Part shown: piece by piece, positions 16,490 to 26,264 of the stretch
How the letters are laid out: every line of letters begins with the position of its first letter
Numbering within the stretch: position 1 is the stretch's first letter
DNA from: a virus
DNA length: 64,000 nucleotides
IMG/VR virus record: IMGVR_UViG_3300045988_034373
Location: 64,001-128,000 of that record
Strand: one strand, 5' to 3'
Translations under genes and position numbers: made by a program
The notes under the pieces: generated by a model
Database searches by the model: none
What the model saw: only the letters and a program-made list of their open reading frames with translations
What the model was told of the DNA's origin: nothing

Positions 16490-18088
16490 ATGAAGGAACA
16501 AACTATTATTAAACTTACAAATCACCTTAAAACGGTAATTGCAGATAACATCAGCATGAATGCTTATTCTGAGAAGATAGGTCTACCTACTAGCTACTTC
16601 TGTATGAAGAGGAAAGCTGTAGAACAAGCTAAAGAAGCTGGAACAATCTCTGATGAAGATTATAATGTCATTATGGACTTGTTTAAGCAGATTGATGCTA
16701 GACCTAGACTTAGGGCTACTAGGAAAGAATCCACTCCAGATTTATTCGGGAATGAAGCTGTCTTTAGTGACTCTGAATTAGATTCGGATGATACATCTAA
16801 GGTTACTATCGAAAGGGATGAAGAAGGCAAAATAGTTAAATATCTGTTCACTATCTATGTAAGAGATAAGCAACCCATATTAGGCTCGTTCAATAGGGAT
16901 GAGATGAATATGGTCTATAGGTTGTATTCTAACTATGGTAGTGGCATTACTCAGAGGGAAGTATCCCGATTCTTCCCAGATTATTCTCTCGCTGACTTTA
17001 AGAGAATACTTAGAGCATTTAGCATTACTAAGGCATCAGCTCCCTTTGCTCCTCATGTTATTGAAGAGAATGATAAGGACAAGCTGTTAGAAATGCAGTT
17101 TAGAGAGAAGGAGAATGACTTCCTAAGAAGTTATGAAGCTGAGAAGATTAAACATACAGAGTCTCAGCTTAGAAGATATATGAAAGAGAATCAAGACCTC
17201 AAAGAACAGCTCCAGGATATGTCTGGAATGTTGGAAGGTATTGATGTGTCAAATCTGCCTAAATTTGTTCCTACTGTAAAAGGTAGAGAAGATAGGGATT
17301 TGATTATTTGGCTATCTGATATGCACATTGGTGCATCTGTGTCTGGATATTCTATCTATGCTAATGATTACGACCAAGAGGAAGTGGAAGTTAGACTTAG
17401 TAAGTTGGTAGAGCAATTAAAGAGAGAATCTTTAATGTTTGGCAACTTTACTAACGTAATCGTATGTAATCTAGGAGATTCCTTAGATGGATATGATGGT
17501 CAAACTACAAGAGGTGGGCATCAACTCGCTCAGAACATGAACAATAAGGAACAGTTAAAGTGCTTTATTGAAGTAATGACTAAGTTTATGACTGCATTGG
17601 TAGATGAACTACCTTGTGGTGGCTTATCGTACTATTGTGTAGGAGAATCTAACCATGATGGGGATTTCGGATATTCTGCTAATATTGCACTTCAATATAT
17701 CTTACAAAGTATGGATATTGAAGCTACAATCTTTGAGAAGTTCATAGGTGAGTTCACGTTAGGAACTACTACCTATATTCTGTGTCACGGTAAGGATAAC
17801 AAGGATATGTTTAAGAACTTACCTCTTACATTAGATGTCAAGACAGAGAACTTTATCAATGAATATATTGATAACAAAGGAATTAAAGGCAATGTAGTCT
17901 TTGTAAAAGGAGATTTACATCAGTCCGCAACTACCTATGGTAGGAGATTTACTTACAAGTCAGTAGGCTCCTTATTTGGTAGTTCAGAATGGATTCACAA
18001 GAACTTTGGTAATACACCAGCTGCTTGTGATTATTCTATTGTAGATGAGAATGGTAATATGTTGGATGGTAGAATCGTACTACAATGA
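16490..18088 (+). CDS. calcineurin-like metallophosphoesterase (Mre11/SbcD-like) with an extra N-terminal domain
   Basis: Motifs in order are WLSDMHIG (DxH), LGDSLDG (GDxxD), GESNHD (GNHD), CHGKD and KGDLHQ. Confidence 0.65.
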   Translation: MKEQTIIKLTNHLKTVIADNISMNAYSEKIGLPTSYFCMKRKAVEQAKEAGTISDEDYNVIMDLFKQIDARPRLRATRKESTPDLFGNEAVFSDSELDSDDTSKVTIERDEEGKIVKYLFTIYVRDKQPILGSFNRDEMNMVYRLYSNYGSGITQREVSRFFPDYSLADFKRILRAFSITKASAPFAPHVIEENDKDKLLEMQFREKENDFLRSYEAEKIKHTESQLRRYMKENQDLKEQLQDMSGMLEGIDVSNLPKFVPTVKGREDRDLIIWLSDMHIGASVSGYSIYANDYDQEEVEVRLSKLVEQLKRESLMFGNFTNVIVCNLGDSLDGYDGQTTRGGHQLAQNMNNKEQLKCFIEVMTKFMTALVDELPCGGLSYYCVGESNHDGDFGYSANIALQYILQSMDIEATIFEKFIGEFTLGTTTYILCHGKDNKDMFKNLPLTLDVKTENFINEYIDNKGIKGNVVFVKGDLHQSATTYGRRFTYKSVGSLFGSSEWIHKNFGNTPAACDYSIVDENGNMLDGRIVLQ

Positions 18089-18885
18089 ATAGTCAAATCG
18101 AGGATATAGTTAAAGCTCTTAAATCAGCTAGAGAGGAGCGTAAAGCTCTTGAACTAAAACTTAGTCAGATTACTAGTGCAGAAGTAGCAATCAAACAGGA
18201 ACTTGTTGAGACATATGAGTACTTGGGAGATTTCTTAGAAGGTGAAGGTATTATTAAGAAGCCGTCTTTCCCTGAGATACATACAGCTACTTCAGTTCCA
18301 GCTAAAGCAATGGAAGCTAAAGCTAATGAGATAATTAAAAGGGTTTACTCAGAGAAAGAGTTAATAGTGGAAGAATCCGATAAGGACGTTTCAGCTGACA
18401 TGGAAAGAGCTGGAAGTGTATTTCGTAGAAGTGCTACGGAGTGTCGTGGTATATCTTCAGATACTTCTGGAACTCTTTACCACAAGAATAGACCCCTAAC
18501 TAAGTTAGATGTGGATTTAAGTAGCCTAGCTTCGGTTGATGAATTTAACCTAGCATTCAGCTGGACTCATATAAAGTTGATTAAGATTAACAATCTCTAT
18601 ATTTCAGGAGACGACCTAACTAATATAATTAGGTCAATTTTTACAGTCATTCTGAAGAGTAAATCCCTTGATAAGCTTAAACTATTATGTAAGGGTGCAG
18701 GTATCCTTAATAAGACTGTAGCTGCTATGGAGAGGAAGAAAGTTAACTTTATTAAAGACGACCCAAGTGTAGTAAACGTAAAGGGAAGTACTGGTAACAA
18801 AATCAGAGGTCTAGTATACATCCTAAGATGGACTAATCATGCAGATATGATTGACGGTATAGAGTTCTATACTACTAACCAATAA
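18085..18885 (+). CDS. hypothetical protein with N-terminal coiled coil
   Basis: ATGA overlap with the upstream gene. No ATPase motif is seen, so it is not called SbcC/Rad50. Confidence 0.55.
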   Translation: MNSQIEDIVKALKSAREERKALELKLSQITSAEVAIKQELVETYEYLGDFLEGEGIIKKPSFPEIHTATSVPAKAMEAKANEIIKRVYSEKELIVEESDKDVSADMERAGSVFRRSATECRGISSDTSGTLYHKNRPLTKLDVDLSSLASVDEFNLAFSWTHIKLIKINNLYISGDDLTNIIRSIFTVILKSKSLDKLKLLCKGAGILNKTVAAMERKKVNFIKDDPSVVNVKGSTGNKIRGLVYILRWTNHADMIDGIEFYTTNQ

Positions 18886-18898
18886 GTAAAACTGTAAA

Positions 18899-19264
18899 AT
18901 GGCACTATTTGATTTAATATTAAACCAGACTCTTGAATTACAAGAAGTAAAAGATTATGTTGAAATCTTCGAACCAATGTTTGAAGCATTGAACGTCGAC
19001 TTAGATGATTATGATTGGGAAATGACTGACCTAGACTCTATGCAGGATTTAGATTGTGTAAGGGTATTCATTCTTGGTAATCTAATATTTGCAGCCCAAG
19101 ATGCTGGTATATTCCCATACTTCATGGATGCTGACGACTTTGACTTCACCGATGGGGTTCATTTCGACATTGCTAACTATGATGACGATGAAGCAGATGA
19201 AATTAGAGCTGCTCTAAAGGAGTTTGAAGATAAGACTGGTGTTGAAGTTAGTATTGAAGAGTAA
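18899..19264 (+). CDS. strongly acidic protein (121 aa)
   Basis: Asp/Glu-rich throughout (DLDDYDWEMTDLDSMQDLD, DADDFDFTD, NYDDDEADE). Confidence 0.55.
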   Translation: MALFDLILNQTLELQEVKDYVEIFEPMFEALNVDLDDYDWEMTDLDSMQDLDCVRVFILGNLIFAAQDAGIFPYFMDADDFDFTDGVHFDIANYDDDEADEIRAALKEFEDKTGVEVSIEE

Positions 19265-20043
19265 TGGAAATAACATTAGACGAATTACTGCAAGGAAAGG
19301 CAACAAGAATTAAAGAGAGAGCATATTTCCCAACTGAGGCTTACGTAGAGCCATTCTTGGAAACTATGTCCAAATTTACTTCTGATTTCAGGGTGCAAGT
19401 TAAACTCCCTGACCAAATCACCAGGACTATTACTGGTGAGTATAACACAGATGACGTAACCTATAATAGGGTTCTCATTGAGGCAGTATTGCCAGATGAA
19501 TATGCGTGGGATAACCATGATGAAGTAATTGGCTTCTTGTATGGACTAGATGTTCGTAAGCCAATATGCAAGATGTATAGAGGTGGACTTAATAGGGCTT
19601 GTACCAATCTATGTGTATTTGACCCTTCGTTCATTAATATTCAGGAATTAGAGCCAGAGAAGGCTATAAACTATAAACCAGTTAAGAATCTGATGGAGCA
19701 AACATCTGATTTGAAACTGTGGTTGAAGACTCTCCACGATACAGAATGGGAGAGAACTGTTCCTACCATTGAATCTAACTTGGGTAAGTGGATGCGTAAT
19801 GCAATTTCACAATCTTGTGACTTAGGCTATGGTAAGGTTAAATTAGGAACTAAAGAAGTCATTGACGCTTATAAATCGTTGTTCGTGGACACTAAGTCCA
19901 AGTATTATGTTAAGGAAGATGAGGATGTCAATATGTTTAAGGTTTATAATGCATTTACTGAGTTAATCAGCAATGATGGTGGTAAAGATATCATCAATAA
20001 GGCAGAGAAGACCTTATTACTACGTACAATCTTAGACTTTTAA
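19264..20043 (+). CDS. hypothetical protein (DUF932-like?)
   Basis: The block GGLNRACTNLCVF resembles the conserved Cys-x-Asn block of DUF932. This is weak and from memory. Confidence 0.5.
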   Translation: MEITLDELLQGKATRIKERAYFPTEAYVEPFLETMSKFTSDFRVQVKLPDQITRTITGEYNTDDVTYNRVLIEAVLPDEYAWDNHDEVIGFLYGLDVRKPICKMYRGGLNRACTNLCVFDPSFINIQELEPEKAINYKPVKNLMEQTSDLKLWLKTLHDTEWERTVPTIESNLGKWMRNAISQSCDLGYGKVKLGTKEVIDAYKSLFVDTKSKYYVKEDEDVNMFKVYNAFTELISNDGGKDIINKAEKTLLLRTILDF

Positions 20044-20051
20044 ATTAATTA

Positions 20052-22184
20052 ATGCTAGTAGTAAAACGAAACAAGACAGTACAGCCCTTCGACTGGGGTA
20101 AGATTGACTTAGCAATCACTAAAGCATTCCATGCTGTTAATGAACCTATTGATATGGATATTCTTAGTGATGTAAAAGATGAATTATACTTTAACAACAT
20201 TATCTCTGTAGAAGAGATTCAAGACCAAATAGAGAAAGCTCTTATGGCTTGTGATTATTATAATGTTGCTAAAGCATTTATCTTGTATAGGCAGAAACAA
20301 GCTGAACTTAGAACTTTAACGAATAAGAAACAGTTCATTAAAGACTATGCTAAGGCTAGTAATGCCGCCACAGGTAGTAAGTATGATGCTAATGCTAATG
20401 TTACTGAAAAGAACATTGTAACTCTTAATGGTGAACTCTTCAAGGGTGATATTATTAAGGTTAATCGTACCATACTTACCGATAAGATTAGAGAAATGTA
20501 TGGCGAGGATTTAGCTAAGGAGTATATCCAGATGCTAGAATCACACGTATTATATAAACATGATGAGACTAGTATTATGCCATATTGTGTGGCTATTACT
20601 ATGTATCCATTTCTGTTGGAAGGTTTGCAGCCTATTGGGGGTTTATCTGCTAAACCTAAGAACTTAGACTCATTCTGTGGAATGTTTGTAAATCTAGTAT
20701 TTGCAATTAGTTCACAGTTTGCAGGTGCAGTAGCTACTGGTGAGTTCCTAATGTATTTTGATTACTTTGCTCGTAAAGAGTGGGGTGATGATTACTGGAA
20801 ATATGCTGATGCAAACTGCCAATTAAGGTTTACTACTAATCCTACATTGGAGGGTAATGATAAGCCTATAAATACAGCAGAAGTAACTAATATGCTAACT
20901 ATTGAGAAGGTGATTGAGCAGAAGTTCCAGCAGATTGTATATTCAATCAATCAGCCCGCTGCTGCTCGTAACTTCCAATCAGTATTCTGGAATATCAGCT
21001 ATTTTGATAAGTACTACTTTGAAGGCTTATTCGGAGAATTTGTATTCCCCGATGGGACTAAGCCAATATGGGATTCATTAAATTGGTTACAGAAGAAATT
21101 CATGAGTTGGTTTAATGAGGAACGTACTAAGTGTATCTTAACATTCCCAGTTGAGACTGTAGCTCTATTAACTGATGGTGAGGATATTCGTGATAAGGAA
21201 TGGGCTGACTTTACAGCAGAAATGTATAGTAAAGGTCATTCATTCTTCACTTATACTTCTGATAGTGCAGACTCATTATCATCTTGTTGTAGATTGCGTA
21301 ATGAAGTTAGTGACAATCAATTCTCCTATTCATTAGGTGCTGGAGGTATTGCTACTGGTAGTAAGTCTGTAATGACTCTCAATATCAATAGGCTAGTACA
21401 GGACGCAGTTAATAAGGGATATGATATGATTGACTATCTACGCTCTCAGGTTCAGAAAGTTCATAAATTCCAAACAGCATATAATGAATTGCTAAAGGAT
21501 TATCTAAAGGATGGTCTACTAACAGTTTATACTGCTGGATTTATTAATCTGAAGAAGCAATACCTAACTGTAGGTGTTAATGGTGTTATTGAAGCTGCTG
21601 AATTCTTAGGAATTGAGGTAAGTGATAATGACACCTATAGAGAGTTTATGCAATCTATTCTAAAGACCATCAGTGATGAGAATAGAAAGGCTAAGACTAA
21701 AGAACTTATGTTTAATACTGAGTTCGTTCCTGCTGAGAATCTAGGAGTTAAGCACGCTAACTGGGATAGGAAAGATGGCTACTTTGTACCTAGAGATTGC
21801 TATAATAGCTATTTCTATGCAGTAGAAGATACATCATTAACTATCTTTGATAAGTTCAAACTTCATGGTAAAGAGTATGTAAAGTATTTGGATGGAGGAA
21901 GTGCATTGCACATGAATCTTGAAGAACACCTTACCAAAGACCAGTATAGAAACCTATTAAAGGTTGCAGCTGTCAATGGTACTAATTACTTTACCTTTAA
22001 TATTCCAAACACTATCTGTAATGACTGTGGGCACATAGATAAGAGATACTTGCATGAGTGTCCTAAGTGTGGAAGCAAGAATATAGACTATGCTACTAGG
22101 ATTATTGGGTATCTAAAGAGAATTAGTAACTTTAGTGAAGCTAGACAGAAAGAAGCTAGTAAACGTTATTACTATAAACAATAA
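20052..22184 (+). CDS. nrdD: anaerobic ribonucleoside-triphosphate reductase (class III)
   Basis: N-terminal ATP-cone is VVKRNKTVQPFDWGKI. SCCRL is present. C-terminal Zn site is CNDCGH...CPKCGS. Glycyl-radical loop is TRIIGYL. Confidence 0.95.
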   Translation: MLVVKRNKTVQPFDWGKIDLAITKAFHAVNEPIDMDILSDVKDELYFNNIISVEEIQDQIEKALMACDYYNVAKAFILYRQKQAELRTLTNKKQFIKDYAKASNAATGSKYDANANVTEKNIVTLNGELFKGDIIKVNRTILTDKIREMYGEDLAKEYIQMLESHVLYKHDETSIMPYCVAITMYPFLLEGLQPIGGLSAKPKNLDSFCGMFVNLVFAISSQFAGAVATGEFLMYFDYFARKEWGDDYWKYADANCQLRFTTNPTLEGNDKPINTAEVTNMLTIEKVIEQKFQQIVYSINQPAAARNFQSVFWNISYFDKYYFEGLFGEFVFPDGTKPIWDSLNWLQKKFMSWFNEERTKCILTFPVETVALLTDGEDIRDKEWADFTAEMYSKGHSFFTYTSDSADSLSSCCRLRNEVSDNQFSYSLGAGGIATGSKSVMTLNINRLVQDAVNKGYDMIDYLRSQVQKVHKFQTAYNELLKDYLKDGLLTVYTAGFINLKKQYLTVGVNGVIEAAEFLGIEVSDNDTYREFMQSILKTISDENRKAKTKELMFNTEFVPAENLGVKHANWDRKDGYFVPRDCYNSYFYAVEDTSLTIFDKFKLHGKEYVKYLDGGSALHMNLEEHLTKDQYRNLLKVAAVNGTNYFTFNIPNTICNDCGHIDKRYLHECPKCGSKNIDYATRIIGYLKRISNFSEARQKEASKRYYYKQ

Positions 22185-22189
22185 GAATC

Positions 22190-22399
22190 ATGGTTCTATT
22201 TCAAATCATATTTATTGCTATCCTGCTCCTAGAAATAGGGGTAGGACTGGCAGTAAAGTACAACTACAATGGTCTCCAAGATAAGTTAGTATCTATGTTC
22301 ATGCGTATGGACATTGAACATTACATTAGGTATCAGTTCCCAGATAAGTGGGTATTGCAGATGGTATTCTTACTAATCTTATTCCTATTGTGTATATGA
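22190..22399 (+). CDS. small membrane protein
   Basis: Hydrophobic ends MVLFQIIFIAILLLEIGVGLAV and LQMVFLLILFLLCI. Confidence 0.45.
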   Translation: MVLFQIIFIAILLLEIGVGLAVKYNYNGLQDKLVSMFMRMDIEHYIRYQFPDKWVLQMVFLLILFLLCI

Positions 22400-22746
22400 C
22401 AGGTATAGAGGATGGATGGGTATGTGATGTAGAGTTAGCTAAGAATATTATATTAGCTCATTTCAGTACATCAAGATACTACCTTAGCCCAGTCTACGGA
22501 GATAAGTCTATGGATGATTGGCTAGATAAAGTTGAGAATAACCTACAGGACTTTGACGGAGACTTCTCAATTATGAGAGAAGGTGGATGGTTCTTAGGTG
22601 GTCCAGATGGTTGGTCTGGCTTTATCATTTGTACATTAGACACATGGCTGAAAGAAATGGATGGATGTGACCCTAATGAAGAGGTTTTATCTGTATATGA
22701 AGTAGATGGGAAGCCTACTGTATTTGTCTTACATGAATCTGATTGA
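22396..22746 (+). CDS. hypothetical protein
   Basis: ATG22396 overlaps the upstream TGA (MTGIEDGWVCDV...). The track start at 22348 is less likely. Confidence 0.5.
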   Translation: MTGIEDGWVCDVELAKNIILAHFSTSRYYLSPVYGDKSMDDWLDKVENNLQDFDGDFSIMREGGWFLGGPDGWSGFIICTLDTWLKEMDGCDPNEEVLSVYEVDGKPTVFVLHESD

Positions 22747-22747
22747 T

Positions 22748-23233
22748 ATGCTGAAGTATGTTAATTATGATATAGTCTTCCAGGAGATACCAAATGAAAC
22801 TACACTTGCTATTAACATCTCAAACTGTCCTTGTCATTGTAAGGGCTGTCATAGTTCTTACTTGGCAGAGGATATTGGAAACTTTCTTGACCTCGGAGCA
22901 TTAATGCGTCTAATAGACAAGAACGAAGGTATCACTTGTGTTGCCTTTATGGGTGGGGATTCAGACACACAATCTGTTAGTATGTTAGCTGGTATTGTCC
23001 AAACTAAAGGACTATTAACAGCTTGGTATAGTGGTAGACAAGAGTTATCTAAGGATATTGATATTAAGAACTTTAACTTTATAAAGTTAGGTCCTTATAT
23101 TGAAGAATTAGGTGGCTTAAAGAGTCCTACAACTAACCAAAGAATGTATGAGGTTAAAATGAGTAGAGAGTTGGGTGAAGATGGTAATCCTGTTTATGGT
23201 CTGGAAGATATTACAAACTTATTCTGGAAATGA
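22748..23233 (+). CDS. nrdG: anaerobic RNR activating enzyme (radical SAM)
   Basis: Motif is NCPCHCKGCHS (CX3CX2C). Size and the position after nrdD fit. Start is ambiguous (22706, 22733 or 22748). Confidence 0.85.
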   Translation: MLKYVNYDIVFQEIPNETTLAINISNCPCHCKGCHSSYLAEDIGNFLDLGALMRLIDKNEGITCVAFMGGDSDTQSVSMLAGIVQTKGLLTAWYSGRQELSKDIDIKNFNFIKLGPYIEELGGLKSPTTNQRMYEVKMSRELGEDGNPVYGLEDITNLFWK

Positions 23234-24651
23234 ACATTAAACTACCCTTCAATGGGTATTCGTCAAGGAGGATAGGAGAACCTAAAAGACCTCGCATTAC
23301 TCTAGCGGAGGAGCAGATAAAGGCTTTAGAGAGAATGAAAGACTTTCTAAATACAGAGGAGCCAGTACTAGTATTACAAGGCTATGCTGGTACTGGTAAA
23401 ACCTCTATCCTTAATGAGTATATTCAATTCTTAAGGTCTAATAGAGAAGACTTCATATTATGTGCTCCTACACATAAAGCTAAGTTAGTAGTGGAGGAGG
23501 TTACTGGTGAGGAGGCAATGACTGTTCATAAGCTGTTATCCCTTGCTCCTAACATAGAGATATTTGAATTAGACTACAAAGATTTAAAATTCCAATGTAA
23601 TGGCTTTGGTGAAATACCCGATAACGGTATTGTGATTATAGATGAAGCATCTATGATTAATGATGAAATATACAAGTTACTACTTGATATGTGTAATCAA
23701 TATGGAACTAAGTTACTATTCATTGGAGATAAGGCTCAAATACAGCCTGTGTGTAGTAAGAGTACAAGTTTAGTATTTAACTGTCCGAACATTATTACAC
23801 TAACTCAAATTCATAGACAAGCTGATACTAATGGACTATTGCCGTTATTATCCAGACTAAGAGAAAGACCCATGCGGAGATTTGAACCTATCAAAGCCCC
23901 CGAAGGGTCTTTAATTATATGTGACCAAGCCAAAGACTTTATGGTCAGAAGTGCTGGCTTCTTTAAGCAAGCTATTAAGAAGCAGGACGTTAACGAAGTG
24001 AAGCTTATAGCATATACTAATGCCAGAGTACAAGGATTCAATCAATGTATGAGGAAGCTGCTTTGGGAGGATAATGTAGCCAATGAGTATAATCAGTTCG
24101 AATTTTTGACTGGTTATGAGAACTTTGAGTATAATGGCACTCAGTTTTACAATTCTTTGGACTATATAATAGTAGATACTCCTAAGAGAGTAGAAAGACA
24201 TATTCCACATTTCATGAAGATGCCTGGGTATGAACTTGAACTATATGATACAGTATATAAGAAGTTATTAACTGTATTTATATTAGAAAGAGACATCAAC
24301 AAAGACTATATAGATAGCCTTGCTGCTACAATAGAGAATTTTAGAATATCTGCTATTGAGGCTAAAAGAAATGGTAACCGTACTAGGTCTACATTCTTAT
24401 GGAAGAAGTACTTTGAAATGATTAAGAGCTTCGCTACTCCTAGAGATATAATGTGGGATAATAGGGTTATTAAAAAGAAGACATTCGACTATGGGTATGC
24501 ATCAACTATTCATAAGATTCAAGGAAGCTCTCTTGGAACAGTGTTCATTGATATGGCAAACGTTCTTGTTTGTAAGAATGTTGACGAGATTAGGCAGATG
24601 CAATACGTATCGTTGTCAAGAACTAAAACAGATGCTTATATATTGGTATAA
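23230..24651 (+). CDS. SF1 DNA helicase (Dda/RecD-like)
   Basis: Walker A is GYAGTGKTS and Walker B is VIIDEASM. Also present are FIGDKAQIQP, STIHKIQGSS and YVSLSRTK. Confidence 0.85.
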   Translation: MNIKLPFNGYSSRRIGEPKRPRITLAEEQIKALERMKDFLNTEEPVLVLQGYAGTGKTSILNEYIQFLRSNREDFILCAPTHKAKLVVEEVTGEEAMTVHKLLSLAPNIEIFELDYKDLKFQCNGFGEIPDNGIVIIDEASMINDEIYKLLLDMCNQYGTKLLFIGDKAQIQPVCSKSTSLVFNCPNIITLTQIHRQADTNGLLPLLSRLRERPMRRFEPIKAPEGSLIICDQAKDFMVRSAGFFKQAIKKQDVNEVKLIAYTNARVQGFNQCMRKLLWEDNVANEYNQFEFLTGYENFEYNGTQFYNSLDYIIVDTPKRVERHIPHFMKMPGYELELYDTVYKKLLTVFILERDINKDYIDSLAATIENFRISAIEAKRNGNRTRSTFLWKKYFEMIKSFATPRDIMWDNRVIKKKTFDYGYASTIHKIQGSSLGTVFIDMANVLVCKNVDEIRQMQYVSLSRTKTDAYILV

Positions 24652-24662
24652 TCCGACTAAAC

Positions 24663-24944
24663 ATGACTGTAAAGATAGTTTATAGTGAAACTTGCCTGCC
24701 TCTTAAGAATAAGGTGGTAGCATACATCTGGGAGAAATTCCCTAAGATAGAAGTTGAAACTTACGATGAACTACACTATAAGGATAAGAAGAAAGCTATT
24801 ATGATTAAAGCATCATGTGGCACTAGGTTAGTTCCTTTCGTTGCTGTCTATGATAACAACAAAGAACTAGTTAAAGCTTTTTATTCCGAAGTGGGGGATT
24901 GTACAGCGGATAACATTATTAAATATTTGAATGAGGTTCAGTGA
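24663..24944 (+). CDS. hypothetical protein (glutaredoxin-like fold? no CxxC)
   Basis: KIVYSETCLPLK...LVPFVAVYDNNKEL resembles a Grx/NrdH layout, but only one Cys sits at the active-site position. Weak. Confidence 0.45.
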   Translation: MTVKIVYSETCLPLKNKVVAYIWEKFPKIEVETYDELHYKDKKKAIMIKASCGTRLVPFVAVYDNNKELVKAFYSEVGDCTADNIIKYLNEVQ

Positions 24945-25338
24945 AGCAATAATGTGGGGAGATAGCTTTATACAAGCTACTCTTAAACACAGAGAAGCAA
25001 GCCTTAAAGACTTTGTGAGAGTAGGGGGAAACCCTGAACTCCACAGAGCTTTGAAAGACTCTAAAGTCGGCTATATTAAGATTACTAAAGTCTCTAGTAA
25101 TGGAGGGTACTTATCCACAGGTGAATCTGAGGAAGGTATTACCGCTGCATTTGGAGAAGGTCTTAGTCTTTACATAGCTGACGTGGAGCAGTGGTTCAGA
25201 ACATCTAATATCCAGAAGATTTACTGGGATAAGGGTGAGTTTACTACACTAAATTCAAGATACAAGTTCGAATTTGAAGAGATTGATTATCGTCCTATTC
25301 TTGAAGAAATGAAGAATGAAAGTACAAGTAATAAATAA
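24931..25338 (+). CDS. hypothetical protein
   Basis: 135-aa ORF. Start is 24931 or 24952. Confidence 0.5.
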   Translation: MRFSEAIMWGDSFIQATLKHREASLKDFVRVGGNPELHRALKDSKVGYIKITKVSSNGGYLSTGESEEGITAAFGEGLSLYIADVEQWFRTSNIQKIYWDKGEFTTLNSRYKFEFEEIDYRPILEEMKNESTSNK

Positions 25339-25825
25339 ATCTCAATGGGAACTCCCAAAGTATGAAACCTTATTCTCTGCTGGCATGGATGTCAGAGGAG
25401 ATTTCAGTAGAATTAAACTAGTAGATAATAAGCCAGAGAAGTTCTTCTTTGATGCTGATGCTGTTGGTATATTAAAAGGCAAGGTTAAGACTATTGAAAT
25501 TAAGCCTGGAGGTAGATGTCTAATCCCTACTGGTCTATTTGTAGCTATTCCGCAAGGGTATGAGTTTCAATGTAGAATGAGAAGTGGATTAGCATTAAAG
25601 ATGGGACTTACTCTTACTAATGGGATTGGCACTATTGATGCTGATTACAGAGGTGAGATAGGTATCATCTTAACTAATACATCTAATACTTCTGTTCGCA
25701 TTCATGATGGTGAAAGACTAATGCAATTAGTTCTTGCTAAACATGAAGTAGCTGAATGGGAAGAAGTAGAAGTACTTCCAGAAACAGATAGAGGTGAAGG
25801 TGGGTTTGGTCATACTGGTAAGTAA
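25316..25825 (+). CDS. dut: dUTP pyrophosphatase
   Basis: The five dUTPase motifs are present: [32 protein letters not shown] and [10 protein letters not shown]. Confidence 0.95.
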   Translation: MKVQVINKSQWELPKYETLFSAGMDVRGDFSRIKLVDNKPEKFFFDADAVGILKGKVKTIEIKPGGRCLIPTGLFVAIPQGYEFQCRMRSGLALKMGLTLTNGIGTIDADYRGEIGIILTNTSNTSVRIHDGERLMQLVLAKHEVAEWEEVEVLPETDRGEGGFGHTGK

Positions 25826-26046
25826 TGGGAGCAATAGACCCTATCATAGGTTATAGTCAGAAGATTACAGAGCTTACATCTAAAATTAAGCAATGTGATG
25901 GTGACGTAGAGGATGCTTATGCTGTAATAGAGAATCTAAAGCAGCATAAAGCTGACTTAATCAAGGAAAGAGATACTATTATTACTGTTCTTAAGGAGTT
26001 CTTATCTCAACCAATATCTATGGCTGAGTTAGACGATGATATGTAA
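25825..26046 (+). CDS. hypothetical protein
   Basis: 73-aa ORF with a TAATG overlap. Confidence 0.5.
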   Translation: MGAIDPIIGYSQKITELTSKIKQCDGDVEDAYAVIENLKQHKADLIKERDTIITVLKEFLSQPISMAELDDDM

Positions 26047-26264
26047 TGACTGAAAGACAAGAAATCCAACTGCGCTTAGCTTGCGCTGCATTGCAGGGAG
26101 GAATGAGTGCAGAGGATGTATACTATAGTCTGTATCAGGATGATGAACAGGCGGGTCTGTGGGATATTATGAATGAAATTGCTCCAGACCTCTTCCTTTC
26201 TATAGATGACCGTAAAACTCTAGCGAAAGATACATTACAATCTAGCACAAAAGTAGTTTATTAA
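26046..26264 (+). CDS. hypothetical protein
   Basis: 72-aa ORF with a TAATG overlap. Confidence 0.5.
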   Translation: MTERQEIQLRLACAALQGGMSAEDVYYSLYQDDEQAGLWDIMNEIAPDLFLSIDDRKTLAKDTLQSSTKVVY

